Below are positions 31,184-42,996 of a stretch of 64,000 nucleotides of DNA, piece by piece; position 1 is the stretch's first letter, and every line of letters begins with the position of its first letter. Position numbers and translations under genes: made by a program. Location of the stretch: NCBI GenBank assembly GCA_048940445.1, contig JBHLON010000002.1, forward strand, positions 32,001 through 96,000, given 5' to 3'. Source of the stretch: Promethearchaeota archaeon. GTDB lineage: Archaea > Asgardarchaeota > Lokiarchaeia > Sigyniarchaeales > SOKP01. The notes under the pieces were generated by a model. The model made no database searches and was not told where the DNA came from. It saw nothing but the letters and a program-made list of their open reading frames with translations.

Positions 31184-31720
31184 ATGGAAAATACAAATAA
31201 TATTCATTCTTTGATTAGGAAATTTGATTTTGATGACCTTAAATTCATAATAGAAAATAGTCAGGATGAGAATCTAAGAGTTAAATGTATAATACGCATT
31301 AAGAATTTAGGTTTAAGAAACGAAAATTCATTTCATTTTTTGGAACGTTTATTGATTTGCGATTCAAGCGAATCTATAAGAAGAATTGCATTTAAGTCAT
31401 TAATTCTTCTTAATTCCAATAAAGTTGTTAAAACAATTCTCCATGCGATTCTTAATGAGTCTGGAACGTTTTTAATAGATTTAATCGAATTTTTATTTAG
31501 AATTAATCCTTTTTTATGTAAACATATATTAATAAAAAAAATACAAGATATAGAAAAAAAAACACCCCAAATTTTATTCAAAAATATACATCCAAGAAAG
31601 TTACATCTTTATCAATTAAAAGAGCTCTTATATAATTATCAGTTAAATAATTCTTTAGAACGTCTCTACTTTCATAGACATTCAGTCCCTATAGCTCTCG
31701 ATCTTTATGGAATAGAATAA
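31184..31720 (+). CDS. HEAT-like repeat hypothetical protein
   Basis: DENLRVKCI and DSSESIRRIAF helical repeats. Confidence 0.6.
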   Translation: MENTNNIHSLIRKFDFDDLKFIIENSQDENLRVKCIIRIKNLGLRNENSFHFLERLLICDSSESIRRIAFKSLILLNSNKVVKTILHAILNESGTFLIDLIEFLFRINPFLCKHILIKKIQDIEKKTPQILFKNIHPRKLHLYQLKELLYNYQLNNSLERLYFHRHSVPIALDLYGIE

Positions 31721-31732
31721 AATAATACAATA

Positions 31733-32656
31733 ATGATTTTAATGAAAGCCAAAAACCATTATTTCAGCCCAACTATCTCGAAAATTAGTATGTTTTTATC
31801 GGGTATTTTTATGGGGAATGTGGGATTATTTATAACTTTTTTATCAAACTTTTCAATTTATACTATTGTATTGCTTAGAGGTATATTTGGGACTCTCTTT
31901 TTAACACTCTTTATGTTAATTTCAAAATCTTTATCAAAAGAATTTTTAAAGCAAAGTTTTAAAATGCATTGGAAGTATTTACTTCTTTTAGGTATAACCA
32001 ATCCGTTAGTCATTCTTTTATATTTTCTAAACATTTCTATCACTGGATATGCTATTGCAGCCTTCTTATTATATACGAGCGGTATTTTTCTTCTAATTAT
32101 TCTCTTAATGACAAAAGAAGAGAAAATCTCAAAAATAAATATCATATGTTTTATTTTGGCTACAATTGGGGTAGCTATTATAATGGAATTTTGGAATACA
32201 AATTTTCTTTCAATAGGAATTATATTTGGGATTTTATCAGGAATAAATCTTGCAATTTTAGTTTATTCCAAAAAGAAAATCTATAACTATAGGTTAAAAA
32301 AACAACAAGAAATTAAACTGAATGGAAATTTTGATATATTTTTATCATGGTTTAGCACATTATTATTACTTTTTATTTTTCTACCTTTCGGTTTATTAGA
32401 TCTTAAAAAATTGACCTTTATAGATATTATTATTTGCTTATTGTTAGGATTAATCCCCACTGCTTTAGCGTTCACCTTATACAATGTCGGGGTAAAAAGT
32501 GATAAAGGAGGTAATATTGTTATTCTTTCTTATTTTGAACCCATTATGGCAACAATTAATACAGCTATTTTTCTGAAAAACTTATCATTCTTTACAATAA
32601 TAGGAGGAGCATTAATTCTAACAGCGAACATAATAATCCTAAGATTCTCAAAGTAA
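31733..32656 (+). CDS. DMT/EamA family transporter
   Basis: ~10 TM, IPTALAFTLYNVG, SYFEPI, GGALIL. Confidence 0.85.
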   Translation: MILMKAKNHYFSPTISKISMFLSGIFMGNVGLFITFLSNFSIYTIVLLRGIFGTLFLTLFMLISKSLSKEFLKQSFKMHWKYLLLLGITNPLVILLYFLNISITGYAIAAFLLYTSGIFLLIILLMTKEEKISKINIICFILATIGVAIIMEFWNTNFLSIGIIFGILSGINLAILVYSKKKIYNYRLKKQQEIKLNGNFDIFLSWFSTLLLLFIFLPFGLLDLKKLTFIDIIICLLLGLIPTALAFTLYNVGVKSDKGGNIVILSYFEPIMATINTAIFLKNLSFFTIIGGALILTANIIILRFSK

Positions 32657-32748
32657 TATTACTTAACAAAAATTAAAAGATATCTTTAAAAATTTGATTT
32701 TTTTTTATTATTTAATAAATGCAGTGGAAATTTGAATTGGGGAAAGAA

Positions 32749-33474
32749 ATGTCAAACGAAGATAATCACGAAATCTCAAGAATTAAGGAACTTGAAAGTA
32801 CCAATTTAGCAAGTGATGAAATTAGAGATATAGTAGTACAAACAAAAAAAAAGTTAGAACAAGATAACGATTTACTCGCTCAGAAAATCCATCAAAACTT
32901 AAAAGCTAATAATATTCTATCTATTGATATAGTAGGAGCAATTGGTGCTGGAAAAACAGCTTTAATTGAAGAAGTAGTCAAAAAGCTTAGTAATGAAAAA
33001 CGAATTTTAGTGATTAACGGTGATGTAACTACGCGGGTGGATGCAGATCGCATCGAAAAGCACGGTGTTAAAACAATACAAATTAACACAGGACGAGAAT
33101 GTACCTTAAATGCATATCATATTCATCAGATTTTAAAAAACATAGATTTAAAAAATTATGATATTATATTTATTGAAAATGTAGGAAATTTGATTTGCCC
33201 CTCTGAATTTCTCTTAGGAACAGATAAAAGGATTGTTATTGTGTCTATTACAGAAGGGGAATGGGTTATTGAAAAGCATCCAATGTTATTTAAGATGTCA
33301 GATATTGCAGTTATTAATAAGATTGATTTAAAGGAAAGATTAGGGACAAATGTTAACAAGATGATTGCTGATGCAAAGAGGATAAATTCAAATATTGATG
33401 TAATTACTACTAGTGTTAAAACTGGTGAAAATATTGATCAACTCCTTAAATTGATGGAATTAAATATAAAGTAA
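32749..33474 (+). CDS. hypB: Hydrogenase nickel-insertion GTPase HypB
   Basis: GAIGAGKT, INTGREC, IENVGNLICP, INKID; start 32749 or 32719. Confidence 0.9.
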   Translation: MSNEDNHEISRIKELESTNLASDEIRDIVVQTKKKLEQDNDLLAQKIHQNLKANNILSIDIVGAIGAGKTALIEEVVKKLSNEKRILVINGDVTTRVDADRIEKHGVKTIQINTGRECTLNAYHIHQILKNIDLKNYDIIFIENVGNLICPSEFLLGTDKRIVIVSITEGEWVIEKHPMLFKMSDIAVINKIDLKERLGTNVNKMIADAKRINSNIDVITTSVKTGENIDQLLKLMELNIK

Positions 33475-33484
33475 GTGAATAATT

Positions 33485-33904
33485 ATGAGTGAAGAATTAA
33501 AAGAAATAGAACAAGCTTGTACTGATTTAGAAGATATTAAAAAATATAATATTAAAAAGCTATTGAGTACTTTTTTGTCAAAAATTCAAATTAAAATCGA
33601 TAACTATATTGGGGATTATCCTACTTTTATAGAGCCTGTACATTTAGAGGAAAACGTTAAGATTGGTGAAGATGTTCTTATCGGACCAAATGTTTATATA
33701 GGGGCGAATACCGAAATAGGAGATTATGTTGAAATTTCGAATTCAATCATATTCGAAAATGTTAAACTTGGTGAAAATTTTAAATTAGAAAATTGTATCA
33801 TTTTAAAGAATAGCAATTTAAAAATAAGTAACATCAGCTTAAAAAATTGTATTCTTAAAGGTAAATGCAATTCTGAATCTGAACTTGAAAGATATGAGAT
33901 CTAA
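33485..33904 (+). CDS. Stand-alone left-handed beta-helix (hexapeptide repeat) protein
   Basis: VKIGEDVLIGPNVYIGANTEIGDYVEISNSIIF repeats; no nucleotidyltransferase domain. Confidence 0.8.
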   Translation: MSEELKEIEQACTDLEDIKKYNIKKLLSTFLSKIQIKIDNYIGDYPTFIEPVHLEENVKIGEDVLIGPNVYIGANTEIGDYVEISNSIIFENVKLGENFKLENCIILKNSNLKISNISLKNCILKGKCNSESELERYEI

Positions 33905-33948
33905 TTTTTTATAGTACAATTAAACAAATCTATTATCCCTTGATTTTT

Positions 33949-34788
33949 ATGAAGGATCTAGAAAAATATTTTGAATTTAATTTAAAAAGATGGAATGAAT
34001 TAGCAGAAATTAATCCAAAATCGAAATTTTATGATTTAGATGGATTTAAGAAAGGAAAAACCTCATTATTACCAATAGAACTTAAAGAGTTAGGACCAGT
34101 TAAAGGAAAATCTCTATTACACTTGCAATGCCATTTTGGTATGGATACGCTATCCTGGGCACGAAGAGGAGCTATAGTGACTGGAGTTGACTTTTCAGAT
34201 AAAGCAATTAGATATGCAAAACAATTGAGTGAAGAATTAAGGATTAAAGCCAAATTTATTCATGCTAATGTTTATGATATCCCAAAAGTAATAAATCAAA
34301 AATATGATATCGTTTTCACATCCTATGGAGCCATCTGTTGGTTACCTGATTTACCTAAATGGGCAGAAATCATTGAATATTGCTTAAAACCTGGAGGTAC
34401 TTTTTATATTATTGATAATCATCCATTCGGGATTATAGTAGATGAGAAAAAGCAGCCATTCCAAGTAGGCTATAATTATTTTACAGAAGGGAAACCTGTC
34501 TATTGGGATGATTCTGGAACTTATGCTGGAGAAGAAATAGAACTTGAGAATACAACTAGTTATGAGTGGTTTCATAAAATGGGAGACATTGTAAATTCTT
34601 TAATTAATGCTGGTCTCATCATAGACTTTTTACACGAATTTCCCTTTAGTTTTTTTAAATTACATCCTGATATGAAAAAAAGAGAAGATGGCTATTGGGA
34701 ATTTCAAACCTTGAAATTTTCAATACCAATGCTGTTTTCTCTCCGAGTTAAAAAAAGTAAAATATCAAACCCTATATTAGCACATTAA
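33949..34788 (+). CDS. Class I SAM-dependent methyltransferase
   Basis: LLHLQCHFGMDTLSWARRGA, GVDFS, LKPGG; ATG 33949 or TTG 33940. Confidence 0.9.
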   Translation: MKDLEKYFEFNLKRWNELAEINPKSKFYDLDGFKKGKTSLLPIELKELGPVKGKSLLHLQCHFGMDTLSWARRGAIVTGVDFSDKAIRYAKQLSEELRIKAKFIHANVYDIPKVINQKYDIVFTSYGAICWLPDLPKWAEIIEYCLKPGGTFYIIDNHPFGIIVDEKKQPFQVGYNYFTEGKPVYWDDSGTYAGEEIELENTTSYEWFHKMGDIVNSLINAGLIIDFLHEFPFSFFKLHPDMKKREDGYWEFQTLKFSIPMLFSLRVKKSKISNPILAH

Positions 34789-35006
34789 CAATAATGAATT
34801 TCATCTTATATCACCTTAAATGACAAATTCTACCTTATTTGAATAGTCAAAAATTCATCATAAAGCTAGTCTCATGGAATTCTGTTATTAAATCTACTCT
34901 ACAAACTAAAAGGAAAGTAATTAGTAGAAAAATAAAGAATCGTATTTTCATTTGTTCTCAAATATTACAAATTAATATTTTGTAAGCATTAATGTTATAA
35001 TCATAA

Positions 35007-35029
35007 CACAACTCCAGAGCTTAATAAAC
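35007..35029 (+). repeat. 23-bp direct repeat, copy 1 (promoter/leader of small membrane gene)
   Basis: CACAACTCCAGAGCTTAATAAAC, identical to 35466-35488, just downstream of a TTATAA box. Confidence 0.85.
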
Positions 35030-35083
35030 GAATTATATGATTTTCAAGTAATTTCTATTAAATTTATAAAGGGAAGGGGAAAA

Positions 35084-35269
35084 ATGAATGCCTGGAAATT
35101 AAGGCTCATAGTAATAGGCCTTATAAATGTAATTATAGCTGTTATTTTACTTATTTCAAGAGGTTTTGCAATACTGTATATAGCATATCTTACTGTCGCA
35201 ATAATCGTTTGTGTGATCGGAATTATTTGGAAGCCTAAGGTAAAATCAATTGATAACAGCACGAACTGA
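35084..35269 (+). CDS. Small 2-TM membrane protein, paralog 1
   Basis: 61 aa, purine-rich SD-like GGGAAGGGG upstream; W(K/N)L(R/K)...IGxIW pattern shared with 35528-35722. Confidence 0.7.
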   Translation: MNAWKLRLIVIGLINVIIAVILLISRGFAILYIAYLTVAIIVCVIGIIWKPKVKSIDNSTN

Positions 35270-35465
35270 AAGATTCTTTCTTACATTATGACCAATATAA
35301 TTTTATAAATTATTGAAAAAAACCTTGAAAAAATTATAATATTAAACTTATAATGTAAAATTTAGAAGATGCATAATAATAAGAAAAATTGCTTTAATTC
35401 ATATTGAAATGTTATGTAATAAACTACTAATTTACAATTTGAAGATAAAAGATTTATATTCATAG

Positions 35466-35488
35466 CACAACTCCAGAGCTTAATAAAC
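35466..35488 (+). repeat. 23-bp direct repeat, copy 2
   Basis: Identical to 35007-35029, just downstream of a TTTATA box. Confidence 0.85.
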
Positions 35489-35527
35489 TGACTGTATGGT
35501 TTAAAAATAGCAAAAGATGTACAAAAT

Positions 35528-35722
35528 ATGGCATTGTTCTGGAATTTAAAAGCAAGGTTTATAGTAGCGGGATGTATTGTTGCAATTATTGGCGTTATAT
35601 TGCTCATTATACGCCCTGATTTGTTCATTTCTTATGTACTAATAATCCTGGGAATAATTGTATTAGTGATCGGTTTAATTTGGAGATTTAAGACGAAACC
35701 AAATGATACGAGTACACATTGA
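35528..35722 (+). CDS. Small 2-TM membrane protein, paralog 2
   Basis: 64 aa, paralog of 35084-35269, directly upstream of the ABC genes. Confidence 0.7.
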   Translation: MALFWNLKARFIVAGCIVAIIGVILLIIRPDLFISYVLIILGIIVLVIGLIWRFKTKPNDTSTH

Positions 35723-35757
35723 AGGAAAAAAGTTTAAAATGATAAAGTGATAAAATA

Positions 35758-36678
35758 ATGATTAAAATTGAAAATTTGACCAAGAAATATGGAAATCTGA
35801 CAGCTGTTGATAACTTATCATTGCAAATTGAAGAAGGAGAAGTATTTGGTTTGCTCGGGCCTAATGGTGCGGGGAAAACCACTACTATTCGGGTGCTTTG
35901 TTGCCTGATATCTAAAACAAGCGGGAAAGCAATGTTGAATAATTTATCGATTGATGATAAAAAAAATAAGATTGAAATTCGTAAAATAATCGGACTATTA
36001 CCGGAAAATGTGGGGCTTTATGAAAGCTTGTCTGCGTATAAAAATTTGGATTTCTATGCAAAACTTTACCACGTTACTGAAACTCAACGAAAAGAACGGA
36101 TTGAATATTATCTCAAAATGTTTGAACTCTGGGATAAAAAAGATGTTGCTGCTGGAACATTTTCTAAAGGAATGAAACAAAAATTGGCATTAGCTCGAGT
36201 TCTAGTTCATGATCCAAAAATCTTATTTTTAGATGAGCCAACAGCAAGTCTGGATCCAGAAGCCACTAAAATGGTTAGGGATTACATCCTAGAACTAAAA
36301 AAAGAAAAGCGGACCATTTTCTTGAATACGCACATGCTCGATGAGGCGGAACGGATCTGTGACCGTGTGGGAATTTTGAAAACTCAATTATTAGACATTG
36401 GATCCCCCGAAAAATTACGGGAGTCCTTGTTGGGAAAGAAATCTGTTGTTGAGGTGGATGCTGTTACAGATAACATCCTCAAAAGCATAAAATCTTTTGG
36501 ATTTGAACAAATTTCGGTAGATAACAATAAAATGACTATTGATGTTAATGATCCTCGCAAAGATAATCCTTCCATCATACAAGCAATCCAAGATGCTGGA
36601 GGACTAGTTCAATCTATTTCAGAACTCCTTCCAAGCTTAGAAGATATTTATTTAAAAAAGGTACGGAGGGAAGAGTAA
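35758..36678 (+). CDS. ABC-2 type exporter ATP-binding subunit
   Basis: GPNGAGKTT, FSKGMKQK, LFLDEPT, C-terminal PSLEDIYL. Confidence 0.95.
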   Translation: MIKIENLTKKYGNLTAVDNLSLQIEEGEVFGLLGPNGAGKTTTIRVLCCLISKTSGKAMLNNLSIDDKKNKIEIRKIIGLLPENVGLYESLSAYKNLDFYAKLYHVTETQRKERIEYYLKMFELWDKKDVAAGTFSKGMKQKLALARVLVHDPKILFLDEPTASLDPEATKMVRDYILELKKEKRTIFLNTHMLDEAERICDRVGILKTQLLDIGSPEKLRESLLGKKSVVEVDAVTDNILKSIKSFGFEQISVDNNKMTIDVNDPRKDNPSIIQAIQDAGGLVQSISELLPSLEDIYLKKVRREE

Positions 36679-36679
36679 A

Positions 36680-37402
36680 GTGAATCGTAAAAATGTTTGG
36701 ATCATAACTACAAAAGATCTTGGGCTCTTTTTTAAAAAGAAAGTGATCCTGTATTCCGCATCGGTTTTACCGTTAGCTCTTTCAATTGTGTTACCCTTAA
36801 TAGTCTGGTATGCTTCAAACAACAGACATGTCCCAATAAATTCCTTACTTCCGGTAATTAACGCGTTTTCGTTCTTTTTTCTGGTTCTTGCTGCGATAAT
36901 TCCAACTGTCATTGCGTCTTACAGTTTCGTAGGGGAAAAAACTGAAAAAACTCTTGAACCCTTATTAGCAACTCCAACTACTGATGATGAAATCTTACTT
37001 GGGAAGAGTTTAGCCGCATTTTTGCCCGTAATATGCATGATATTTATCAGTGCTGTTGTATTCACGGTTTTGATGGACATTTTTATTGGACGTATATATT
37101 TCCCAAACTGGAACTTTGTGATTATAATTCTTTTAGCCACTCCGCTAGCATGCGTTATGAGTATAGAATTTAGTATAATAATTTCTTCTCGCATGAATGA
37201 TGTCCGCTCAGCCCAACAATTAGCTGGACTTATGCTGATTCCATTCGTTTTACTATATCTTCTTCTCGAACTTCATGTCATTGATCTTGAAACTATTACA
37301 TTGCTTATAATTGCTGGAATCCTTGCCGTAATTGACATTTGCTTGTTTTTTATCAGTCGAGGTTTATTTCAACGTGAAGAAATCCTAACAAAATGGAAAT
37401 AA
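36680..37402 (+). CDS. ABC-2 type exporter permease
   Basis: SFVGEKTEKTLEPLLATP...ILLGK, 6 TM. Confidence 0.9.
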   Translation: MNRKNVWIITTKDLGLFFKKKVILYSASVLPLALSIVLPLIVWYASNNRHVPINSLLPVINAFSFFFLVLAAIIPTVIASYSFVGEKTEKTLEPLLATPTTDDEILLGKSLAAFLPVICMIFISAVVFTVLMDIFIGRIYFPNWNFVIIILLATPLACVMSIEFSIIISSRMNDVRSAQQLAGLMLIPFVLLYLLLELHVIDLETITLLIIAGILAVIDICLFFISRGLFQREEILTKWK

Positions 37403-37481
37403 AGACCTTAATTTTTCATCTTCCCTAAATTCTCCATTATTTAGAAATGATTGAAAGATTAAAGGAATAAACAATTTTATC

Positions 37482-37604
37482 GTAGATTATAAAAGAATCT
37501 ATAATTCGCCTTTTTCAACAAAAAGATGAAATTAGAGGTTTAAAAATGATATATGAGTCAAAATACTTATTTTTTTCCAAGCTCGATTTGAAAAAGTAGA
37601 TTAA
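37482..37604 (+). pseudogene. 3'-terminal remnant of tryptophanase/tyrosine phenol-lyase
   Basis: With frameshifts reads VDY.KESIIRLFQQKDEIRGLKMIYESKYL.FFQARFEKVD*, matching the TnaA/Tpl C-terminus (IRGLKxxYEPxxLRFFxARF). Confidence 0.75.
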
Positions 37605-37631
37605 AATCTAAATCTTTATTGGAAAACGAAT

Positions 37632-38603
37632 TTAAAAGTTTAATGCACTAATTGGAAAGAAAATTGCAATAGAAATTATTGCGGCAATTGGAAAGGTTAG
37701 TATCCAAATTAATATTATTTTCCGGACATTTTTACTGGTGGGTGCTCTTCTAGCTTTTGCTACTCCTATTAATGATGCGACCAGCATATGAGAGCCAGAT
37801 AATGGGATCCCAAATAAAGTTCCAAAGAATAATATAACTGCCATTGGAATCTCGCTTGCAAATGCAGTACTTGGACGAAGTTCCGTAATGGTACCAACAT
37901 TTCGAATCACATTTCTCCCTAAAATTACTATTCCACTAGCTAAACTTAATCCTGTAATAATTAAAAGGAGAGATAGATCAATATTTGCTTGAGCTCCCAC
38001 TACGATACCTACTGCGTTTGAACAATCATTTCCAGCTCGTGAAAAAGCGGTCCAACATATCACTGCTAATAAAATATAGGAAAAATATTTTTCTGTTCTT
38101 TCAAAGCTCTTAAAACCAGAAAGACGTTTGATGATAAACTTATTTATCGCTTTATATGATACATATGTTACTACATAGCCTATAAGTGGAGATAGTAACC
38201 ACCAAATACCCATCTCGAAAATAGTAAACCAATTTACTCCAAAAAGCCCGCTATGTAAAAGACCAATTCCAATTATACTACCTATAGTTGCATGTGTGGT
38301 TGAGATGGGCAATCCAAACGCAGAAGATATGATAAGCCACATAGCTGTTGAGACTAAAACTGTTAAAACAATTGAATTAGATATTTCAAATGAAAACAAA
38401 TCTTTTCCAACAGTTTCACTAACTGCTCTCCCAAAGATAAATGCCCCCAAAATTGCCAAAATAGTCGCAAGGATTAATAATTCTTTCATTCTTAATGTCT
38501 TTGAGCCATATAAAGTGGCCATAGTTTCGTCGTTAGCACCAATTCCAAAACTTATAATCATTGAAATGATCAAAAAGATGATAATTATAGAGATTAACTC
38601 CAT
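37632..38603 (-). CDS. PiT family inorganic phosphate transporter
   Basis: GIGANDE, GLPISTTHA, AGNDCSNAVG, GIPLSGSH. Confidence 0.9.
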   Translation of the reverse strand: MELISIIIIFLIISMIISFGIGANDETMATLYGSKTLRMKELLILATILAILGAFIFGRAVSETVGKDLFSFEISNSIVLTVLVSTAMWLIISSAFGLPISTTHATIGSIIGIGLLHSGLFGVNWFTIFEMGIWWLLSPLIGYVVTYVSYKAINKFIIKRLSGFKSFERTEKYFSYILLAVICWTAFSRAGNDCSNAVGIVVGAQANIDLSLLLIITGLSLASGIVILGRNVIRNVGTITELRPSTAFASEIPMAVILFFGTLFGIPLSGSHMLVASLIGVAKARRAPTSKNVRKIILIWILTFPIAAIISIAIFFPISALNF

Positions 38604-38622
38604 TTTTCACTCCATTTATTGA

Positions 38623-39267
38623 TTATTTAGTGGGATACTTAATGATTAATCCTCTTAGATAATCTGAAATTTCTTCAGCCCAAGACGCAATCTCATATTG
38701 ATAAGTAACAAGCTTAGAAGTTAAGTAAATTTTCATCGGTTCATCTTTTTTTTTATAAAGGATATCAAGCAGTTCAAATTTAGCTCTCCGAGCATCCCTT
38801 CGAATTGATTCTACACTAAAAGTAATTCGATAAGCTTCGCCAAAATCAGTTTCAATTAGAGTTGCGCATTTTAGTAATTCTTTAACTGTTTTATAACAAA
38901 AATTAGATAAACTCTTTAAGAGTTCCTTAATATCCTCATAAATTTCAAAAGGAAAAACTTGAAGAAAGCGAGCAAAAAATTCTGTTTTGTCATTAATTTG
39001 ATCAATCATCATTAGGATGTTGTATCTATCTTCCACAAGGAAAGGTAAAGCTCTTTTTTCGTTATATAGTACTTGGACATATTTTTCTTTAATACGATCA
39101 GACTTTTGCTCTGACAGGATTACATCTTCAAGATCTTCTGGTTTTAGTTTATTATCCAAAAGTTTTCTAACTAAATTATGCATAATTTCAGCAGCATTTG
39201 AAGTTTCTTCTAGAAACTCCTTATTAATTTCAGTTAATTCATTTTTCTTTTCTTTTAAAAATTTCAT
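38623..39267 (-). CDS. DUF47 / PhoU-like phosphate transport regulator
   Basis: Helical protein with EQKSD...EDR...ID and EEISD motifs; operonic with PiT. Confidence 0.85.
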   Translation of the reverse strand: MKFLKEKKNELTEINKEFLEETSNAAEIMHNLVRKLLDNKLKPEDLEDVILSEQKSDRIKEKYVQVLYNEKRALPFLVEDRYNILMMIDQINDKTEFFARFLQVFPFEIYEDIKELLKSLSNFCYKTVKELLKCATLIETDFGEAYRITFSVESIRRDARRAKFELLDILYKKKDEPMKIYLTSKLVTYQYEIASWAEEISDYLRGLIIKYPTK

Positions 39268-39431
39268 TTTAGACCCATAAAACTAATAAGATTCTCTTAA
39301 ATAGATTCAGAAGTTAATATATTATTCTAAATATGTTTTATTGTTTAAAAGCCTTATATCTTTCGGATAATATCAAGAGAAATACTTTTTTAGAACCGCT
39401 GGTTATTTCAATTAGTGATTTTATAAATTTT

Positions 39432-39959
39432 ATGAGTGATATATTGCCCTTTCTTAAGCTTAAGTTAAAAGATATCTGTTTTGATCCAAATGTACAAAAT
39501 TATTGTAATAATCCAAAATATAAATGTCCAAATTACAATAGCTCGTGGGCTTGTCCTCCACAAGCTCCCTATTTGGAAAAAACAATTTCTAAATTTAAGA
39601 CATTCTTTTTAATATACTTGAAGTTTAATTTAACAGAATTCTATAAAAGAAGTTCATTCTATTCCAATGAAGTCGACCGAGACTACATGGAAAAAGAGAT
39701 CTACGACTTTTTAAATGATTATAATGAAATTTATGTAGATAAACTAATTTTATGGGATGGATATTGCCGAATTTGTTCTAAAGAAGGTAAAAAATGTACA
39801 TATATTTTAAAGAAAGCTTGCCGTTATCCAAATGAGATAAGATATTCAATGGAAGCAGTAGGGATAGATGTTGATAAAACAGTTAAAAATGTTAATATAA
39901 TTTTAGAATGGCCACCACTGAACTATTCTTATCGTTTTGGTTTGATTTGTCTCAAATAA
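39432..39959 (+). CDS. DUF2284 family metal-binding protein
   Basis: CPNYNSSWACPP, GYCRIC...C...CRYP...YSMEAVGIDV; start probably ATG 39432. Confidence 0.8.
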   Translation: MSDILPFLKLKLKDICFDPNVQNYCNNPKYKCPNYNSSWACPPQAPYLEKTISKFKTFFLIYLKFNLTEFYKRSSFYSNEVDRDYMEKEIYDFLNDYNEIYVDKLILWDGYCRICSKEGKKCTYILKKACRYPNEIRYSMEAVGIDVDKTVKNVNIILEWPPLNYSYRFGLICLK

Positions 39960-39991
39960 AATTTTTTAATGATTAGAGGTGAAAAGTAAAG

Positions 39992-41853
<1,862 letters not shown>

Positions 41854-42000
41854 AATTCAAATCTAATTTAGTTTAAATTTGATTTAATATCAAAAATCTA
41901 GTCCAAAATTGATTATTCTTTAAGATTTAAAAAGTTTTTAGTCTCTTCATTATCAATACAATAATTTTTAAATAATAATTTTCTTGAAGTTTATAGAAAA

Positions 42001-42879
42001 ATGTTGGAAAGAACAATTCTTTTTGATTTATTTCACAATGAAATGTTAAATATTGAAGATAAGGATTTTTCTAATTTCTTAAATTTGCTTAAACAGTTTA
42101 ATTTAAAAATTAAAAAGAACGATACAAAAAGTTTAACAATAAAAGCTTTAGAAAATATAGATATTTTAGTCATTGGAAATCCTATTGATGACTATTTCTC
42201 AAATATAGAAATAAAGGATATTAGTGATTTTGTCAGAAGTGGTGGCTCGTTATTATTAATTAGTGAATATGGAGCAGACTATCTTCAGAAAACAAATTTA
42301 AATGATATTTCTGGTTCAAATTATGGGATTTTTTTCCAAAAAAATCTGGTTAAACAATTAAGTATTACTGACCAAAAAGATTCAAGTATAATAAACGTAA
42401 CTAATTTTAGGAGTGATGAGATTACTAATAATTTACGAGAAATAGTAATTGGAGGATCTTGTTCTTTATTATTAAATAAAAATGCCATCCCATTATTAGA
42501 ATCACGTGATCAGCACATATGGACGGAAGTATTTAAAAATTCAAAAGAAGAATGGGTTAAGGATAAGGAAGAACAACAAATTTTAGCTTCTTATACAGAA
42601 TCTGGGCAAGGAAAGGTCGTTGCCTTAGGTGATATTGACATTTTTACAAACGATAATAATATCGGAATTAATGCTTTAGATAATTACATCTTTATACAAA
42701 ACATTTTAAATTGGCTCACTAAACCCGTAAAAGAATCTAATGTCTTTTCATATGTTTTAAATCAAATAGGAATTTTAGAAGGTAAAATCAGGGAATTAAA
42801 TTTGACAATTAATAATTTGATAGAAACTATAACTATTTTAGAAAAAAGAATTTCCCATTTAGAAGAAGAACATCATTAA
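42001..42879 (+). CDS. Cytoplasmic GIFT (GldG/IFT52-like) domain protein with C-terminal coiled coil
   Basis: TILFDLFHNE, DILVIGNP...FSNIEIKDISDFVRSGGSLLLISE...TNLN...YGI, GKVVALGD...N...NILNWL. Confidence 0.7.
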   Translation: MLERTILFDLFHNEMLNIEDKDFSNFLNLLKQFNLKIKKNDTKSLTIKALENIDILVIGNPIDDYFSNIEIKDISDFVRSGGSLLLISEYGADYLQKTNLNDISGSNYGIFFQKNLVKQLSITDQKDSSIINVTNFRSDEITNNLREIVIGGSCSLLLNKNAIPLLESRDQHIWTEVFKNSKEEWVKDKEEQQILASYTESGQGKVVALGDIDIFTNDNNIGINALDNYIFIQNILNWLTKPVKESNVFSYVLNQIGILEGKIRELNLTINNLIETITILEKRISHLEEEHH

Positions 42880-42996
42880 ATTGTACGTCCAGATTTATTT
42901 ATTATACTAAAATTAAAAACATTTCACAAAATAAATCTAAAATTTCTTTAATTATATTTTATTACTCTTTTTTATTAAAAGACAATAGATGTTATT

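Noticed and set aside
35007-35488. CRISPR array from the 23-bp repeat
   Set aside because: Only two copies 459 bp apart with a gene between; no cas genes
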